From: Candidatus Woesearchaeota archaeon
GTDB lineage: Archaea > Nanobdellota > Nanobdellia > SCGC-AAA011-G17 > GW2011-AR20
Direction: 5' to 3'
DNA length: 64,000 bases
Assembly: GCA_018303005.1 (NCBI GenBank)
Contig: JAGVYY010000031.1
Coordinates: 24,994-88,993 of the forward strand
Part shown: positions 27,711 through 37,549 of the stretch, one piece after another
How positions within the stretch are numbered: position 1 is the first letter of the stretch
Layout of the letters: every line of letters begins with the position of its first letter
The notes under the pieces: generated by a model
What the model was told of the DNA's origin: nothing
What the model saw: only the letters and a program-made list of their open reading frames with translations
Databases searched by the model: none
Made by a program: the position numbers and the translations under genes

Positions 27711-28757
27711 ATGAAAACTTACACCAGTCTTTACTTAAATTTATTTGATATAGATAGATTATATTTAGCTTATAAAAAAGCAAAAAAAGGTAAATCAAAT
27801 AAAGATTATGTTTAAAAATTTCAGAGAGATTTAATGAATAATCTATCTGCATTAAGGTTAGAACTATTCTTTCATTCCTATAAACCAAAACCATTAAAGA
27901 CTTTCATTATCAGGGACCCTAAAACAAGAAAAATCAGTAAATCTGATTTCAGGGACAGAATTGTGCATCATGCCTTAATCAATATTCTAGAACCAATATT
28001 CGATAAAGTTTTTATTTATGATAGTTATGCAAATAGGATTGGTAAAGGAACTACAAAAGCAATAGAAAGATTAAAATTATTTATTATAAAAGTTACTAAG
28101 AATAATAAAAGAAATACTTATTGCCTGAAACCAGATATTAAACATTATTTTGAAACTGTTAATCATGAAGTTTTATTGAATCTTATTAAAAGAAAGATAA
28201 GATAACAGAATAATATGGTTAATAAAAATAAATTTAGAAAACTATTATTTTAAAGAAAAAAATAAAGGTATGCCTCTAGGGAATTTAACCTCCCAATTTT
28301 TTGCTAACGTTTACTTAAATGAGCTTATCAATATATTAAACATAAATTAAAAGTTAAATATTATATAAGGTATGTGGATGATTTTGTTATATTACATGAA
28401 AATAAAAATAAATTAAATTTTTATAAGAATCAAATAAAGGAATTTTTAAAAAACAATCTAAAGATTGAGCTTCATAAAGATAAATCTAAAATATTTTTCA
28501 TAAGAAAAGGAATAACATTTTTAGGATTTAGGCATTTTTATTTTTATACCATATTAAATAAAAATAAAAGAAAACATGTCAATAATAAGATTAAAGATAT
28601 AATTAAAGAGAGTAAAGAAATGGAAGATTATAAAAAATTAATGCAAAGATTTGAATCTATTTTATCACATTTAGAAATTGGAAATACATATTATTTAAGA
28701 AACAATTTTATAGTTAAGTTAAACAATAATATTAATATGTTAAACATAAAGCAGTAG
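27711..28757 (+). pseudogene. DGR-type reverse transcriptase, disrupted
   Basis: AYKKAKKGK, DPKTRKI, FRDRIVHHA, FIYDSYANRIGKGT, DIKHYF, GMPLGNLTSQFFANVYLNEL, YIRYVDDF, FLG; TAA at 27813-27815 and frameshifts near 28200 and 28327. Confidence 0.9.
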
Positions 28758-28834
28758 TAGTCTAGCGGCAGGACAGGAGCTTCCCAATAATAAGAAAAAA
28801 GCTTCTAACCCGGGTTCAAATCCCGGCTACTGCA
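28751..28834 (+). tRNA. tRNA-Gly(CCC) with 13-nt intron at 37/38 (28787-28799)
   Basis: GCAGTAG/CTACTGC acceptor, ggagc/gcttc anticodon stem, TT-CCC-A, GGTTCAAATCC. Confidence 0.88.
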
Positions 28835-29520
28835 TCGATTAATTCTCTCCACTCTTCAAAATTTAAAGCATAAACCTTCTTATTTAAAAAATTTAGCTTA
28901 GGAATTTTTTCTTCACCATGTTTCTTGCTTAAACCATACAATTGACGGTGGGTATCTCTGATTGCGTTTCTTAATTTTTTATCGCTTTGTAAATAAATCT
29001 TCTTTATTATACTCTCTTTTTCATTCAGATTTCTTAACTTAATCCTAATAATTTCAGAAGTTACTTTCGGCATTGGATTAAATGCCTTCCTAGGTATAAT
29101 GTCTAATCTTTCAATCTCAAAAAATATATTCATCAACAATCCCAATAACTTCACGTTCATAAAATCTTTTGGAACACTAAAAACAGCCAATTTGAAATCG
29201 CTATTAACCAATATTCTCATTAGTCCTTCTATAATAGAGTAAGGCAAATTTCCGACAATTTTATCATATTCTAATCTATAAAAGTGCAGTATATTGTCAT
29301 TGATAATATCAAAATCAGGAAACTTATCTTTTAGATATTGGTATAACTTTATGTCAATTTCAATTACAGTGATCTTTCCGGTTTTCTTTATTAATTCCTC
29401 TGTTAAAGCACCTTTACCACCACCAATCTCAACTATATCTTCATTTTCTTTGATTTCCAGATAGTCAACAATCTTACATATCAAATCCCTATCAGTCATA
29501 AAATGCTGGTCAAATTTCAT
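28816..29520 (-). CDS. rsmA: 16S rRNA adenine dimethyltransferase
   Basis: DQHFM, VEIGGGKGALT, IEID, VGNLPY, FNPMPKVTS. Confidence 0.92.
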   Translation of the reverse strand: MKFDQHFMTDRDLICKIVDYLEIKENEDIVEIGGGKGALTEELIKKTGKITVIEIDIKLYQYLKDKFPDFDIINDNILHFYRLEYDKIVGNLPYSIIEGLMRILVNSDFKLAVFSVPKDFMNVKLLGLLMNIFFEIERLDIIPRKAFNPMPKVTSEIIRIKLRNLNEKESIIKKIYLQSDKKLRNAIRDTHRQLYGLSKKHGEEKIPKLNFLNKKVYALNFEEWRELIDAVAGI

Positions 29521-29521
29521 T

Positions 29522-30289
29522 TTAAGAGTACAGGCTTAAGACACCATAAGCGAATTCCCAATACAATTCCATAGCATTTTTTCCATTGTCTATACTGTCT
29601 AGAACAAAACCAAAAGCGACATCATGCAGCCCATTTCTTGCAGGTGATATGTCCAGAGTCAAAGAATCCCTCAGGTTCAAGATGTTCCTCTCTTTTATCT
29701 TCTTAATCCATTCGATGCAAAATGCAAAGGCTTTGGCTTCTTCATTATGCTTATCTCTCAGTTCATTGGTGAATATATGCCCCAATTCATGCCCTAATGT
29801 AATCAATGTGTTTCCTAAATCAGTCTTCTTCACAAAGATTATCTTTTCCCTGTTTATGCAGAAACCCTGCACATTTTCTCCAATAATACCAAATTCAGAT
29901 TGGATATTCCTGAATTTTTCAAGAGAGCATATGTTAATCTTTGCATCATTGCCTAAATCCTTGCCGGTAACTAAACAGAAGAGATACTTTCCGGTATCAT
30001 TAATCTCTTCATCCTTGAAATCCAGACTAGACAAATGTTTAATAAACAAAGATGATGTATTATCATAAAAAACATTTATATTCCTTCTTACAGTTTCATA
30101 ATTCTGTCTTGAATACACAAGATTACAATAGTTGATGTTTGTCAAATTATACATTTTTTTAGGTTTTTCTTCAGGAAAGACATTTTCTAATCTATTCATA
30201 TAAACATTTATGCCCGAATTGTCAAAAGCAGAATAATTACAAGGATAAATACTTACAGCTCTATCTAAGCTATAGACTTGTTTGTACAT
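29522..30289 (-). CDS. Predicted zinc metallopeptidase-like protein
   Basis: TLGHELGH...EEAKAFAF. Confidence 0.6.
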   Translation of the reverse strand: MYKQVYSLDRAVSIYPCNYSAFDNSGINVYMNRLENVFPEEKPKKMYNLTNINYCNLVYSRQNYETVRRNINVFYDNTSSLFIKHLSSLDFKDEEINDTGKYLFCLVTGKDLGNDAKINICSLEKFRNIQSEFGIIGENVQGFCINREKIIFVKKTDLGNTLITLGHELGHIFTNELRDKHNEEAKAFAFCIEWIKKIKERNILNLRDSLTLDISPARNGLHDVAFGFVLDSIDNGKNAMELYWEFAYGVLSLYS

Positions 30290-30359
30290 ATGAGATAGAT
30301 ATTGATTACTTTTATAAAGATTGTTCTGATCCTGATTACATTTGGCATTAATTCATAGA

Positions 30360-31071
30360 TCAAAGAAATAAAAAAATAGCAAAGATTAAACTACAAAAAA
30401 AATCATTCTGAAAAAGAATGGTAATTATTCCATATAGGAAGCAAATCTCCTGACATAATATTTTTCATTGGTTTCTTTTCGGACTTTCTTGGCATATTTA
30501 TGTGCATAATACAAAAGTTCAGGTAATTTGTGCTGTTTTAGGCATTTTTTTGTTATTTCAATACATAATTCTAATGGGAGATCATATCCGGGAGAAATAA
30601 ATATTGGTTTTGCCTAGTCTTTAGTTCTCATTCTAAATCCTAAATTTTTGTCTTTTACATAAATCTTATCTCCCTCCAAATTTCCGAACAACAGCTTTTT
30701 TGATATGCCGATTGTGTTCTTTTTTAAAGCAACGCCAACATAGCATGCCTGCCCACAACCATAAGGATGTAAGATTCCATCACCATCAATCATCAAGACA
30801 TCGGGTTTATTCTCAAACAGTTCAAATGTCCTGATAATGGCAGGTCCTTCTCTGAAAGCCAATAATGTAGGCATAAAGAACATAGGCTCTTTATCGCTAT
30901 GAAACTTCTTTTCTATAATCTTATCTCCTTCCAGATCATATATTTTTTAGCGTTAAATATAACATCAAAACCTGCAACCTTCTTCACACTGCCAATATCT
31001 GTTTTACTATCCAAGATTACTTGTTCTGCAACCTTGTGCTGGAGTTCCTTCAATTTTTTGATATCAATCAT
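30360..31071 (-). pseudogene. nfi: Endonuclease V, disrupted
   Basis: LQHKVA...VAGFDV, LLAFREGP, MIDGDGILHP, IGISKK, PIFISPG, KLPE; deletion/frameshift near 30940 and TAG at 30614-30616. Confidence 0.85.
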
Positions 31072-31172
31072 TTTCCAATATGTCTCTATTATTAAAATAT
31101 CCAGAGAAATAAAAATATTTCCATTGAACTACTTCTACATGATAATCTAACAAAAGGTTAAATTTTAGGTAA

Positions 31173-31841
31173 CTATTTTTTAGCTATCCAAATACAACCA
31201 AGATTAGTTAATGAATAATATCCAGGTTTTAATTTCGTTTCTCTGAATAGCTTTTTTAATTCATCTTCTTTAAAATAGTGAGAGGTCACCCCATTATTAA
31301 TTTCTAATTGTAATCCTTTAACTTTTACTTTATGGCCAATTTTAGAAAAACATTTTATTCTTTCTTTTAAAACATATTTTTTATCTATTCCATAAGTAGA
31401 AACAATTATCTTACCATTTTTACAGGTAACTCTTTCACAGTCTTTAAGAACTTTAATAGGATTGTTCATTAATCCTAGAGTATTATACATCATCAGGCAA
31501 ATATCAAAAGAATTGTCTTTGAAAAGAAGATTTTGTGCATCCATTTGTAAAATTTGAATCTTTCTATTATTCTTATATTTATTTTTGAGAAAAGACAGGT
31601 TTGCAATTTCAATACCAGTTATCTCTCTTTTACCATTATTTAAAGCATCTATAATTCTACCCCGTCCAGCTCCGATTTCTAAAATAGTTGCTTTTTCTGG
31701 GACTATTCTTGTAAGGATATTTTCTTCCGCTTTAAGCCATCTCTTGTAAGAAGGTGTTAACCCAGAAATATCAATAATTTTTGCTGCATTATTATAATAT
31801 TTTATAACTTTACATATGGGGATGTTTAAGTTCATTAACAT
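31173..31841 (-). CDS. Class I SAM-dependent methyltransferase
   Basis: ILEIGAGRGR, MDAQNLLFKDNSFDI. Confidence 0.9.
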   Translation of the reverse strand: MLMNLNIPICKVIKYYNNAAKIIDISGLTPSYKRWLKAEENILTRIVPEKATILEIGAGRGRIIDALNNGKREITGIEIANLSFLKNKYKNNRKIQILQMDAQNLLFKDNSFDICLMMYNTLGLMNNPIKVLKDCERVTCKNGKIIVSTYGIDKKYVLKERIKCFSKIGHKVKVKGLQLEINNGVTSHYFKEDELKKLFRETKLKPGYYSLTNLGCIWIAKK

Positions 31842-31929
31842 AATTAACTCAAACAGATTAAACTTTATCAGGATTTAAATGTTTTTATTTAATTTATTTT
31901 ATCAATTCCATTGCTTGCCTTAAGTATTA

Positions 31930-32004
31930 TGCTCCTGCCGAGATTTGAACTCGGGTCTCAGCCGTGAGAGGGCTGAATCCTTGACCGGGCTAGACTACAG
32001 GAGC
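31930..32004 (-). tRNA. tRNA-Glu(CTC)
   Basis: GCTCCTG...CAGCC-CTCTCAC-GGCTG...GTTCAAATC...CAGGAGCA. Confidence 0.93.
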
Positions 32005-32006
32005 AT

Positions 32007-32106
32007 TAGCCCCGCGAGGATTCGAACCTCGGTCTCATGGTTTCTCCTGAAATCCAGAGCCATGAATGCTAAGTCCCAAATGGTTTGACCGCTACACTAC
32101 GGGGCT
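32007..32106 (-). tRNA. tRNA-Gln(CTG) with two introns (D-arm 32070-32084; anticodon loop 32042-32053)
   Basis: AGCCCCG/CGGGGCT acceptor, CATGG-CTCTGGA-CCATG after splicing; both inserts fold as BHB-like motifs. Confidence 0.88.
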
Positions 32107-32164
32107 ATGTACATTACTTTAAATTTGACTTAACTTTATAAATATTAATAATTTGATTTATAAA

Positions 32165-32470
32165 ATGATAATCTCGTACATAACATGCAAAAATCAAAAA
32201 GAAGCTGAGAAAATATCCTATACGTTGTTAAACAGAAGATTAGCAGCATGCTGCAACTTAATTCAAGCAAGATCATTATACCTCTGGCAAAATAAGTTAA
32301 ATAAAGACAATGAAGTAATCATATTGGCAAAAACATTAGATAAAAAATTTAATAAAATAAAAAAAGAAGTTTTAAAAATACATTCATATAAAGTCCCATG
32401 CATTTTAAAGATAAAAATAGAAGAAACAAATGATAAATTTTTAACATGGTTAAAAAGTGAGGTAAGATGA
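32165..32470 (+). CDS. cutA: CutA divalent-cation tolerance protein
   Basis: YITC...EAEKI...LAACCN...SLYLWQ...HSYKVPCI. Confidence 0.92.
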   Translation: MIISYITCKNQKEAEKISYTLLNRRLAACCNLIQARSLYLWQNKLNKDNEVIILAKTLDKKFNKIKKEVLKIHSYKVPCILKIKIEETNDKFLTWLKSEVR

Positions 32471-33084
32471 CCTTTATAAAAAAAATATTCGAGGATAAGA
32501 TTGATGATTCTGTGCATAGAAACTTCATAAGATTCAGCAAAGGAACTTTTTATAACAGGGCATTGACTAAATTGAAAGTTTCAAAGAATAAATGTAATAT
32601 TTATGCTAGTTTTGACCTGGCAAATTCATTAGTAAAGATATTCAGTAGCATGATAAGTACTGCAAAAATCTCTGGCCGATTGATTAAGAAAGGTAAAAAA
32701 AGTGAAATAGATGAAGAAGTAACATCAGACCAGTTAAACAAAATTATCGATGAAAATGATTATTGCCTGATAGATATCTCTATTAATGAATATTTGCTTA
32801 AATGTAAAAAATCCCTGCCAAAACCAGGAAAAGCTTTAGATCCCAAATTCTGTTCAGCCACATTACCCGTAGATAAAATTAAGGATTTGATATTTGATAT
32901 AAATGAGAATTTTAAACAGGCTGAAATATCACATATTTTTGTGATTAATGAACTGTCGATACCAAAAGAATACGAAAAAGATCCTGAAAAAGCCCGCATA
33001 TTTGCTAAAAGGAAGGGCAGAATAATAAGAAAAATAATATTGGACGGGAAAGAAATAACCAGAGAAAAAGAATTGATTGTTTAA
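32467..33084 (+). CDS. Conserved hypothetical protein
   Basis: FIKKIFE...VHRNFIRFSKG...AKRKGRIIRKI. Confidence 0.7.
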   Translation: MTFIKKIFEDKIDDSVHRNFIRFSKGTFYNRALTKLKVSKNKCNIYASFDLANSLVKIFSSMISTAKISGRLIKKGKKSEIDEEVTSDQLNKIIDENDYCLIDISINEYLLKCKKSLPKPGKALDPKFCSATLPVDKIKDLIFDINENFKQAEISHIFVINELSIPKEYEKDPEKARIFAKRKGRIIRKIILDGKEITREKELIV

Positions 33085-33085
33085 A

Positions 33086-33304
33086 ATGATCTTTAAAGTA
33101 AAAGTTATACCTAATGCAAAAAAAGAATCAATATCCTGCCAGGATCAAAATTTAAAAGTCTATGTAAAAGCGCCTGCTTCAGACAATAAAGCCAACAAAT
33201 CTCTTATAGTATTATTGGCAAAACATTATAACACAAAAAAAGGTAGTATATTAATCTTGAAAGGCCAAAAATCAAGAGACAAAATAATCGAGATCACTAA
33301 GTAA
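33086..33304 (+). CDS. DUF167/UPF0235 (YggU-like) protein
   Basis: VKVIPNAK...VKAPASDNKAN...GQKSRDK. Confidence 0.9.
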   Translation: MIFKVKVIPNAKKESISCQDQNLKVYVKAPASDNKANKSLIVLLAKHYNTKKGSILILKGQKSRDKIIEITK

Positions 33305-33413
33305 AAACATTTAAAAAACCATCTATGATAGAAATGATATAAGAGAGTTTACATTCTCGGATAAAATGAAACAATAATATTTATAAACCTTTAATAGGGT
33401 TTTAAGGAATAAA

Positions 33414-34361
33414 ATGCCAAGAGCACATAAACCAAGGTCAGGAAGTCTGCAGTTTTGGCCAAGAAAAAGAGCTAGAAGAATCTACCCAAGAATAAGGTCA
33501 TGGGGTAAAACAGAGAAGGCAAATCTTTTGGGATTTATTGGTTATAAGGTTGGTATAACCCAAATACAAGGCATTGACCAGAATCCCAACAGGAAAATAA
33601 AAGATCCCATTGTAACTGCTGCCACAATAATAGAATGTCCGCCTCTGAAAGGGTTATCTGCAAGGTACTATAAAAAAACCAATAATGGACTAAAGGTTAT
33701 TGGAGAAACACTTGCTGAAAAACTTGACAAGAGCTTAGCAAGAAAGATAAGGCTCCCTAAAAAAGTAGCTAACAAGGAAATAAAAGAATATGATGATATA
33801 AGGTTGTTAATGTACACTCAGCCAGGCTTGACATCAATAGGGAAAAAAAAGCCGGAAATCATGGAAGTTGCTTTGTCTGGATCAAAAGAAGAAAAATTAG
33901 AGTTGGTTCATAAGTATTTAAATTCTGAGATTAAGGTTTCTGATATATTTAAAGATAATACATTTGTTGATATACATGCTGTGACAAAAGGTTATGGTTT
34001 TCAGGGTTCAGTAAAAAGATATGGCATAGCTTTAAAATCACACAAATCAGAAAAAACAAGAAGGTCTGTTGGAAATATGGGCTCTTGGACTCCAAAAAAA
34101 GTCTCTTTTAGAGTACCGCAACATGGTCAAACAGGATATCACACAAGAACTGAGTACAACAAATTTATTTATAAAATAAGCAATAACCTCTTAGATGTGA
34201 ATCCTAAATCAGGATTTTTACATTATGGTTTCATAAAAAATGATTATGTAATCATAAAAGGCTCAATTGCAGGTCCAGTAAAAAGACCTGTAAAATTCAC
34301 ATTTCCTATAAGGCAAATAAAAAACGCATATCCTTTCCAAATGATACAAGTCAAAAAATAA
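33414..34361 (+). CDS. rpl3: Ribosomal protein uL3
   Basis: PRSGSLQFWPRKRA, GYKVG, TKGYGFQG, GQTGYHTRTEYNK. Confidence 0.97.
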   Translation: MPRAHKPRSGSLQFWPRKRARRIYPRIRSWGKTEKANLLGFIGYKVGITQIQGIDQNPNRKIKDPIVTAATIIECPPLKGLSARYYKKTNNGLKVIGETLAEKLDKSLARKIRLPKKVANKEIKEYDDIRLLMYTQPGLTSIGKKKPEIMEVALSGSKEEKLELVHKYLNSEIKVSDIFKDNTFVDIHAVTKGYGFQGSVKRYGIALKSHKSEKTRRSVGNMGSWTPKKVSFRVPQHGQTGYHTRTEYNKFIYKISNNLLDVNPKSGFLHYGFIKNDYVIIKGSIAGPVKRPVKFTFPIRQIKNAYPFQMIQVKK

Positions 34362-34362
34362 A

Positions 34363-35178
34363 ATGAAAATGAATGTTCTAGATTTAAATGGAAAAAATTT
34401 AAAGCAGATTGATGTTCCTGAACAATTTGAGGGAGAATACAATCAGGACTTGATTAAAAGAGCTGTTATGGCAATACAGTCAAATAAGAGACAGCCATAC
34501 GGGGCAAAACCAAGAGCAGGAAAAAGATACTCCTCGAAATTATCCAGAAGAAGAAGGCAATACAAAGGGTCATATGGCCATGGAATGTCAAGAGTTCCAA
34601 GAAAAGTGATGTGGAGAAGAGGAATGCAGTTTGGCTATGTTGGAGCCCATGCACCCGGAACAGTTGGTGGAAGAAGAGCGCATCCACCTAAGGCAGAGAA
34701 AAGATGGAATAAAAAAATAAATATAAATGAAAGAAGGAAAGCAATAAGATCATCTCTGGCAGCATCTTTGAATTTAGAGATAATAAAACAGAGAAATCAC
34801 ATAGCACCACAGAACTTCCCATTCTTTGTAACATCTGAAATTGAAGATATAAAAAAAACAAAAGACATTCTGAATGTTTTAAACACCTTAGGATTTAGGC
34901 AAGAGCTGGAAAGGGTTATAAAGAAAACTGTCAAGGCAGGAAAAGGTAAGAGCAGGAACAGGCCTTACAAAAAGAAAAAAGGACCTTTGATAGTTGTCTC
35001 AAAAAAATGTTCCTTGATTAAGTCAGCATCTAATATACCTGGTATAGATATAATAGACATAAAGAATATCAATGTTGAATTATTGGCACCAGGAACAATA
35101 CCTGGGCGTTTAACGCTCTATACAGAAAATGCTGTTGAAACATTAATAAAAGATAAATTATTCTTGAACAAAAAATGA
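34363..35178 (+). CDS. rpl4: Ribosomal protein uL4
   Basis: GHGMSRVPR, GGRRAHPPK, LAPGTIPGRLT. Confidence 0.97.
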   Translation: MKMNVLDLNGKNLKQIDVPEQFEGEYNQDLIKRAVMAIQSNKRQPYGAKPRAGKRYSSKLSRRRRQYKGSYGHGMSRVPRKVMWRRGMQFGYVGAHAPGTVGGRRAHPPKAEKRWNKKININERRKAIRSSLAASLNLEIIKQRNHIAPQNFPFFVTSEIEDIKKTKDILNVLNTLGFRQELERVIKKTVKAGKGKSRNRPYKKKKGPLIVVSKKCSLIKSASNIPGIDIIDIKNINVELLAPGTIPGRLTLYTENAVETLIKDKLFLNKK

Positions 35179-35705
35179 AATATAACAATGACACTGGAAA
35201 AGTAATAAGCATACCTACACCTCTTAAAATAAAAGAAATTGTAATGGGGTTATTTGCAGTAGATGGAATATTAAAGAGTGAAGAAGCAATATCAGACATT
35301 GTAAGAAATCTTGATGGATATAATTTAAGGGTGTTTTACACAAATCAAAAGGTGGCAGATATAATCTCGAAAAATTATAATGGATCCATAGGTGAAATAA
35401 GTTTTATAATGCCGGATGATAAAAGAATGGGGGCAAGCATAGATGACTTTCTTTGTAGAGATGATACCTTAATCGATGGCGTCATATTTTACTGTGATGA
35501 TGCAAGTTATTATCCGATGCTCAATGCAATAGCAAATATAATCTATGCAAATCAGCAGATACCTGCTGTTGCCTTTCCAAATGCCGGGCAGATAGCAAGG
35601 ACTTTCCTGGACCATAACAGGAATAAAAAAACCATAGGTTTAGTTCGCACACCTGAAGAAGCCGTACATACAATAATAGAACAGATAAATCAATCAACTA
35701 CATGA
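35175..35705 (+). CDS. Orphan alpha/beta protein inserted in the r-protein operon
   Basis: 176-aa ORF with ATGA overlaps at both ends. Confidence 0.75.
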   Translation: MKYNNDTGKVISIPTPLKIKEIVMGLFAVDGILKSEEAISDIVRNLDGYNLRVFYTNQKVADIISKNYNGSIGEISFIMPDDKRMGASIDDFLCRDDTLIDGVIFYCDDASYYPMLNAIANIIYANQQIPAVAFPNAGQIARTFLDHNRNKKTIGLVRTPEEAVHTIIEQINQSTT

Positions 35706-35992
35706 CCAATGCAAAAATGATAAAAAACAACACAGATCCATACAAAATAATAAAATATCCTGTATCAACAGAGAAAGCAGTAAGATTAATGGAAAAAGAC
35801 AATAAATTGACTTTTATAGTTGAAAGAAAATCAACAAAGTTAGACATAAAGAAAGCATTAGAGCATATATACAAACTGAAAATTTCAGAAATAAATACGG
35901 TAATAACAAACAAAGGTCTTAAAAAGGCATACATCAAGCTTTCAAAGGAAACCACTGCTTTGGACATAGCAACACAAATAGGAATAATGTAA
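35702..35992 (+). CDS. rpl23: Ribosomal protein uL23
   Basis: IIKYPVSTEKA, NKLTFIV, KKAYIKL. Confidence 0.96.
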   Translation: MTNAKMIKNNTDPYKIIKYPVSTEKAVRLMEKDNKLTFIVERKSTKLDIKKALEHIYKLKISEINTVITNKGLKKAYIKLSKETTALDIATQIGIM

Positions 35993-35993
35993 G

Positions 35994-36707
35994 ATGGGAA
36001 AGAATCTGAAACAGCAAAGACGAGGAAAAGGATCTTTAAGATTTAGAGCTCCTAGCCATAATTACAAGACTAGAATAAACTTTCCAATTTCATCAGAGCA
36101 GGCATATGGTATAGTGGTAGATTTTATTCATGATCCTTCTAAAAATGCACCTATCGCAAAAATATCTTTGGATAATAAACAGGAAATGCTTATTCCTGCA
36201 GTTGAAGGAATCAAGGTTGGAGACAGGATAGGTTATATGAATAAAGAAACTTCTGTAGGAAGCATAGCCAGGTTAAAAGATTTGGCAATAGGAACAAACA
36301 TATCAAACATAGAGAAGATACCAAATTCGAGTAAAGGTGCATTCTGCAGATCAGCAGGTGCAACAGCAGCAGTGTTCTCAAAAACAGATAATGCTGTAAC
36401 ATTAGTCTTTAATTCAAAAAAACAAAAAACATTCCATCCTGAATGCAGGGCGATTGTTGGAGTAACTGCAGGCTCAGGCAGATTAGATAAGCCAATTGTT
36501 AAGGCAGGGAAAAAATATTTCATGATGAAATCAAGGAACAGGTTTTGGCCAAGGGTTTCAGGAGTATCAATGAATGCAGTGGCACATCCTTTTGGTTCAG
36601 GTAGAGGCAAGCATCTTGGAAAATCAAAGACACCCCCTAGATTTGCCCCGCCAGGAAGAAAAGTAGGACAGTTGCATGCCAGAAGAACCGGAAGAAGGAC
36701 GAAATAA
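35994..36707 (+). CDS. rpl2: Ribosomal protein uL2
   Basis: QRRGKGS, HDP, MNAVAHPFG, PPGRKVG. Confidence 0.97.
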   Translation: MGKNLKQQRRGKGSLRFRAPSHNYKTRINFPISSEQAYGIVVDFIHDPSKNAPIAKISLDNKQEMLIPAVEGIKVGDRIGYMNKETSVGSIARLKDLAIGTNISNIEKIPNSSKGAFCRSAGATAAVFSKTDNAVTLVFNSKKQKTFHPECRAIVGVTAGSGRLDKPIVKAGKKYFMMKSRNRFWPRVSGVSMNAVAHPFGSGRGKHLGKSKTPPRFAPPGRKVGQLHARRTGRRTK

Positions 36708-36710
36708 AAA

Positions 36711-37106
36711 ATGGTCAAAAAATTCACTTTCAAAGGATATACAATAGATGAACTAAAGCAATTAGATTACAAGGAAGTTGCTAAAATCCTTCCATCAAGG
36801 CAAAGAAGATCCTTATTAAGAGGTTTTACAGAAGAGCAGAAAAAGTTATTAAAAAAAATAGACAAAGTTATTGCAGGTCAATACAAGAAACCAATAAAGA
36901 CACACTGCAGAGATATGATAATCCTGCCAAAAATGGTGGATCTAATAATACATCTCCATAAGGGAAATGCGTTTATTCCAGTGCAGATACAACCTGAGTC
37001 AATAGGAATGTATCTTGGAGAATTGCTTCTGACGAGACAAAGAGTGCAGCACTCTGCTCCAGGTGTAGGGGCAACAAAATCTAGTGCAGCAGTATCAGTC
37101 AAATGA
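36711..37106 (+). CDS. rps19: Ribosomal protein uS19
   Basis: IKTHCRDMIILP, GMYLGE, PGVGATKSS. Confidence 0.96.
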   Translation: MVKKFTFKGYTIDELKQLDYKEVAKILPSRQRRSLLRGFTEEQKKLLKKIDKVIAGQYKKPIKTHCRDMIILPKMVDLIIHLHKGNAFIPVQIQPESIGMYLGELLLTRQRVQHSAPGVGATKSSAAVSVK

Positions 37107-37549
37107 AAATGGAAAAAGCAACTCTTAATGTCAAAAATCTGCCAATATCTACAAAGCATTCTATTGAGATATGCAGATTCATCAGGGATATGGGATTACA
37201 GAAAGCTAAATCAGTCTTGGCAAATGTTGTAGAACTGAAACAGGCAGTTCCTTTCGTCAGGCACAATATGAATGTCGGACACAAAGCAGGAATGTCATCA
37301 GCAAGATTCCCAACAAAAGCTAGCAAGCACATACTTGATCTGTTAAAGAGTGTTGAACATAATGCAATAAAAGATGGGCTTTCAAAGGATCTTGTTATTT
37401 CTCATATCTCAGCTGATAAAGGTGTAAGGCAATGGCATAATGGAAGACAGAGAAGAAGGAAGACAAAATCAACAAATATAAGAATAATACTGGAAGAATT
37501 TAAAAGAGAACTCCCAAAGAAGAAAAAAATAAAACAAGATAAAGAATGA
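37103..37549 (+). CDS. rpl22: Ribosomal protein uL22
   Basis: ISTKHSIEIC, AVPF, RFPTKA. Confidence 0.95.
   Translation: MKMEKATLNVKNLPISTKHSIEICRFIRDMGLQKAKSVLANVVELKQAVPFVRHNMNVGHKAGMSSARFPTKASKHILDLLKSVEHNAIKDGLSKDLVISHISADKGVRQWHNGRQRRRKTKSTNIRIILEEFKRELPKKKKIKQDKE

Larger units (their letters stand above)
26529..28757 (+). mobile_element. Diversity-generating retroelement (target-TR-RT, no avd seen)
   Basis: VR/TR pair plus DGR-class RT, between cdc48 and tRNA-Gly. Confidence 0.82.

Noticed and set aside
27711-28757. Group II intron or retron RT
   Set aside because: GMPLGNLTSQ motif, short length, no maturase/endonuclease tail and an adjacent TR/VR pair indicate DGR class.
1753-30616. 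Stop-codon reassignment from in-frame TAA/TAG in endonuclease, RT and nfi
   Set aside because: TAA, TAG and TGA all end conserved genes normally, and RT and nfi also carry frameshifts.
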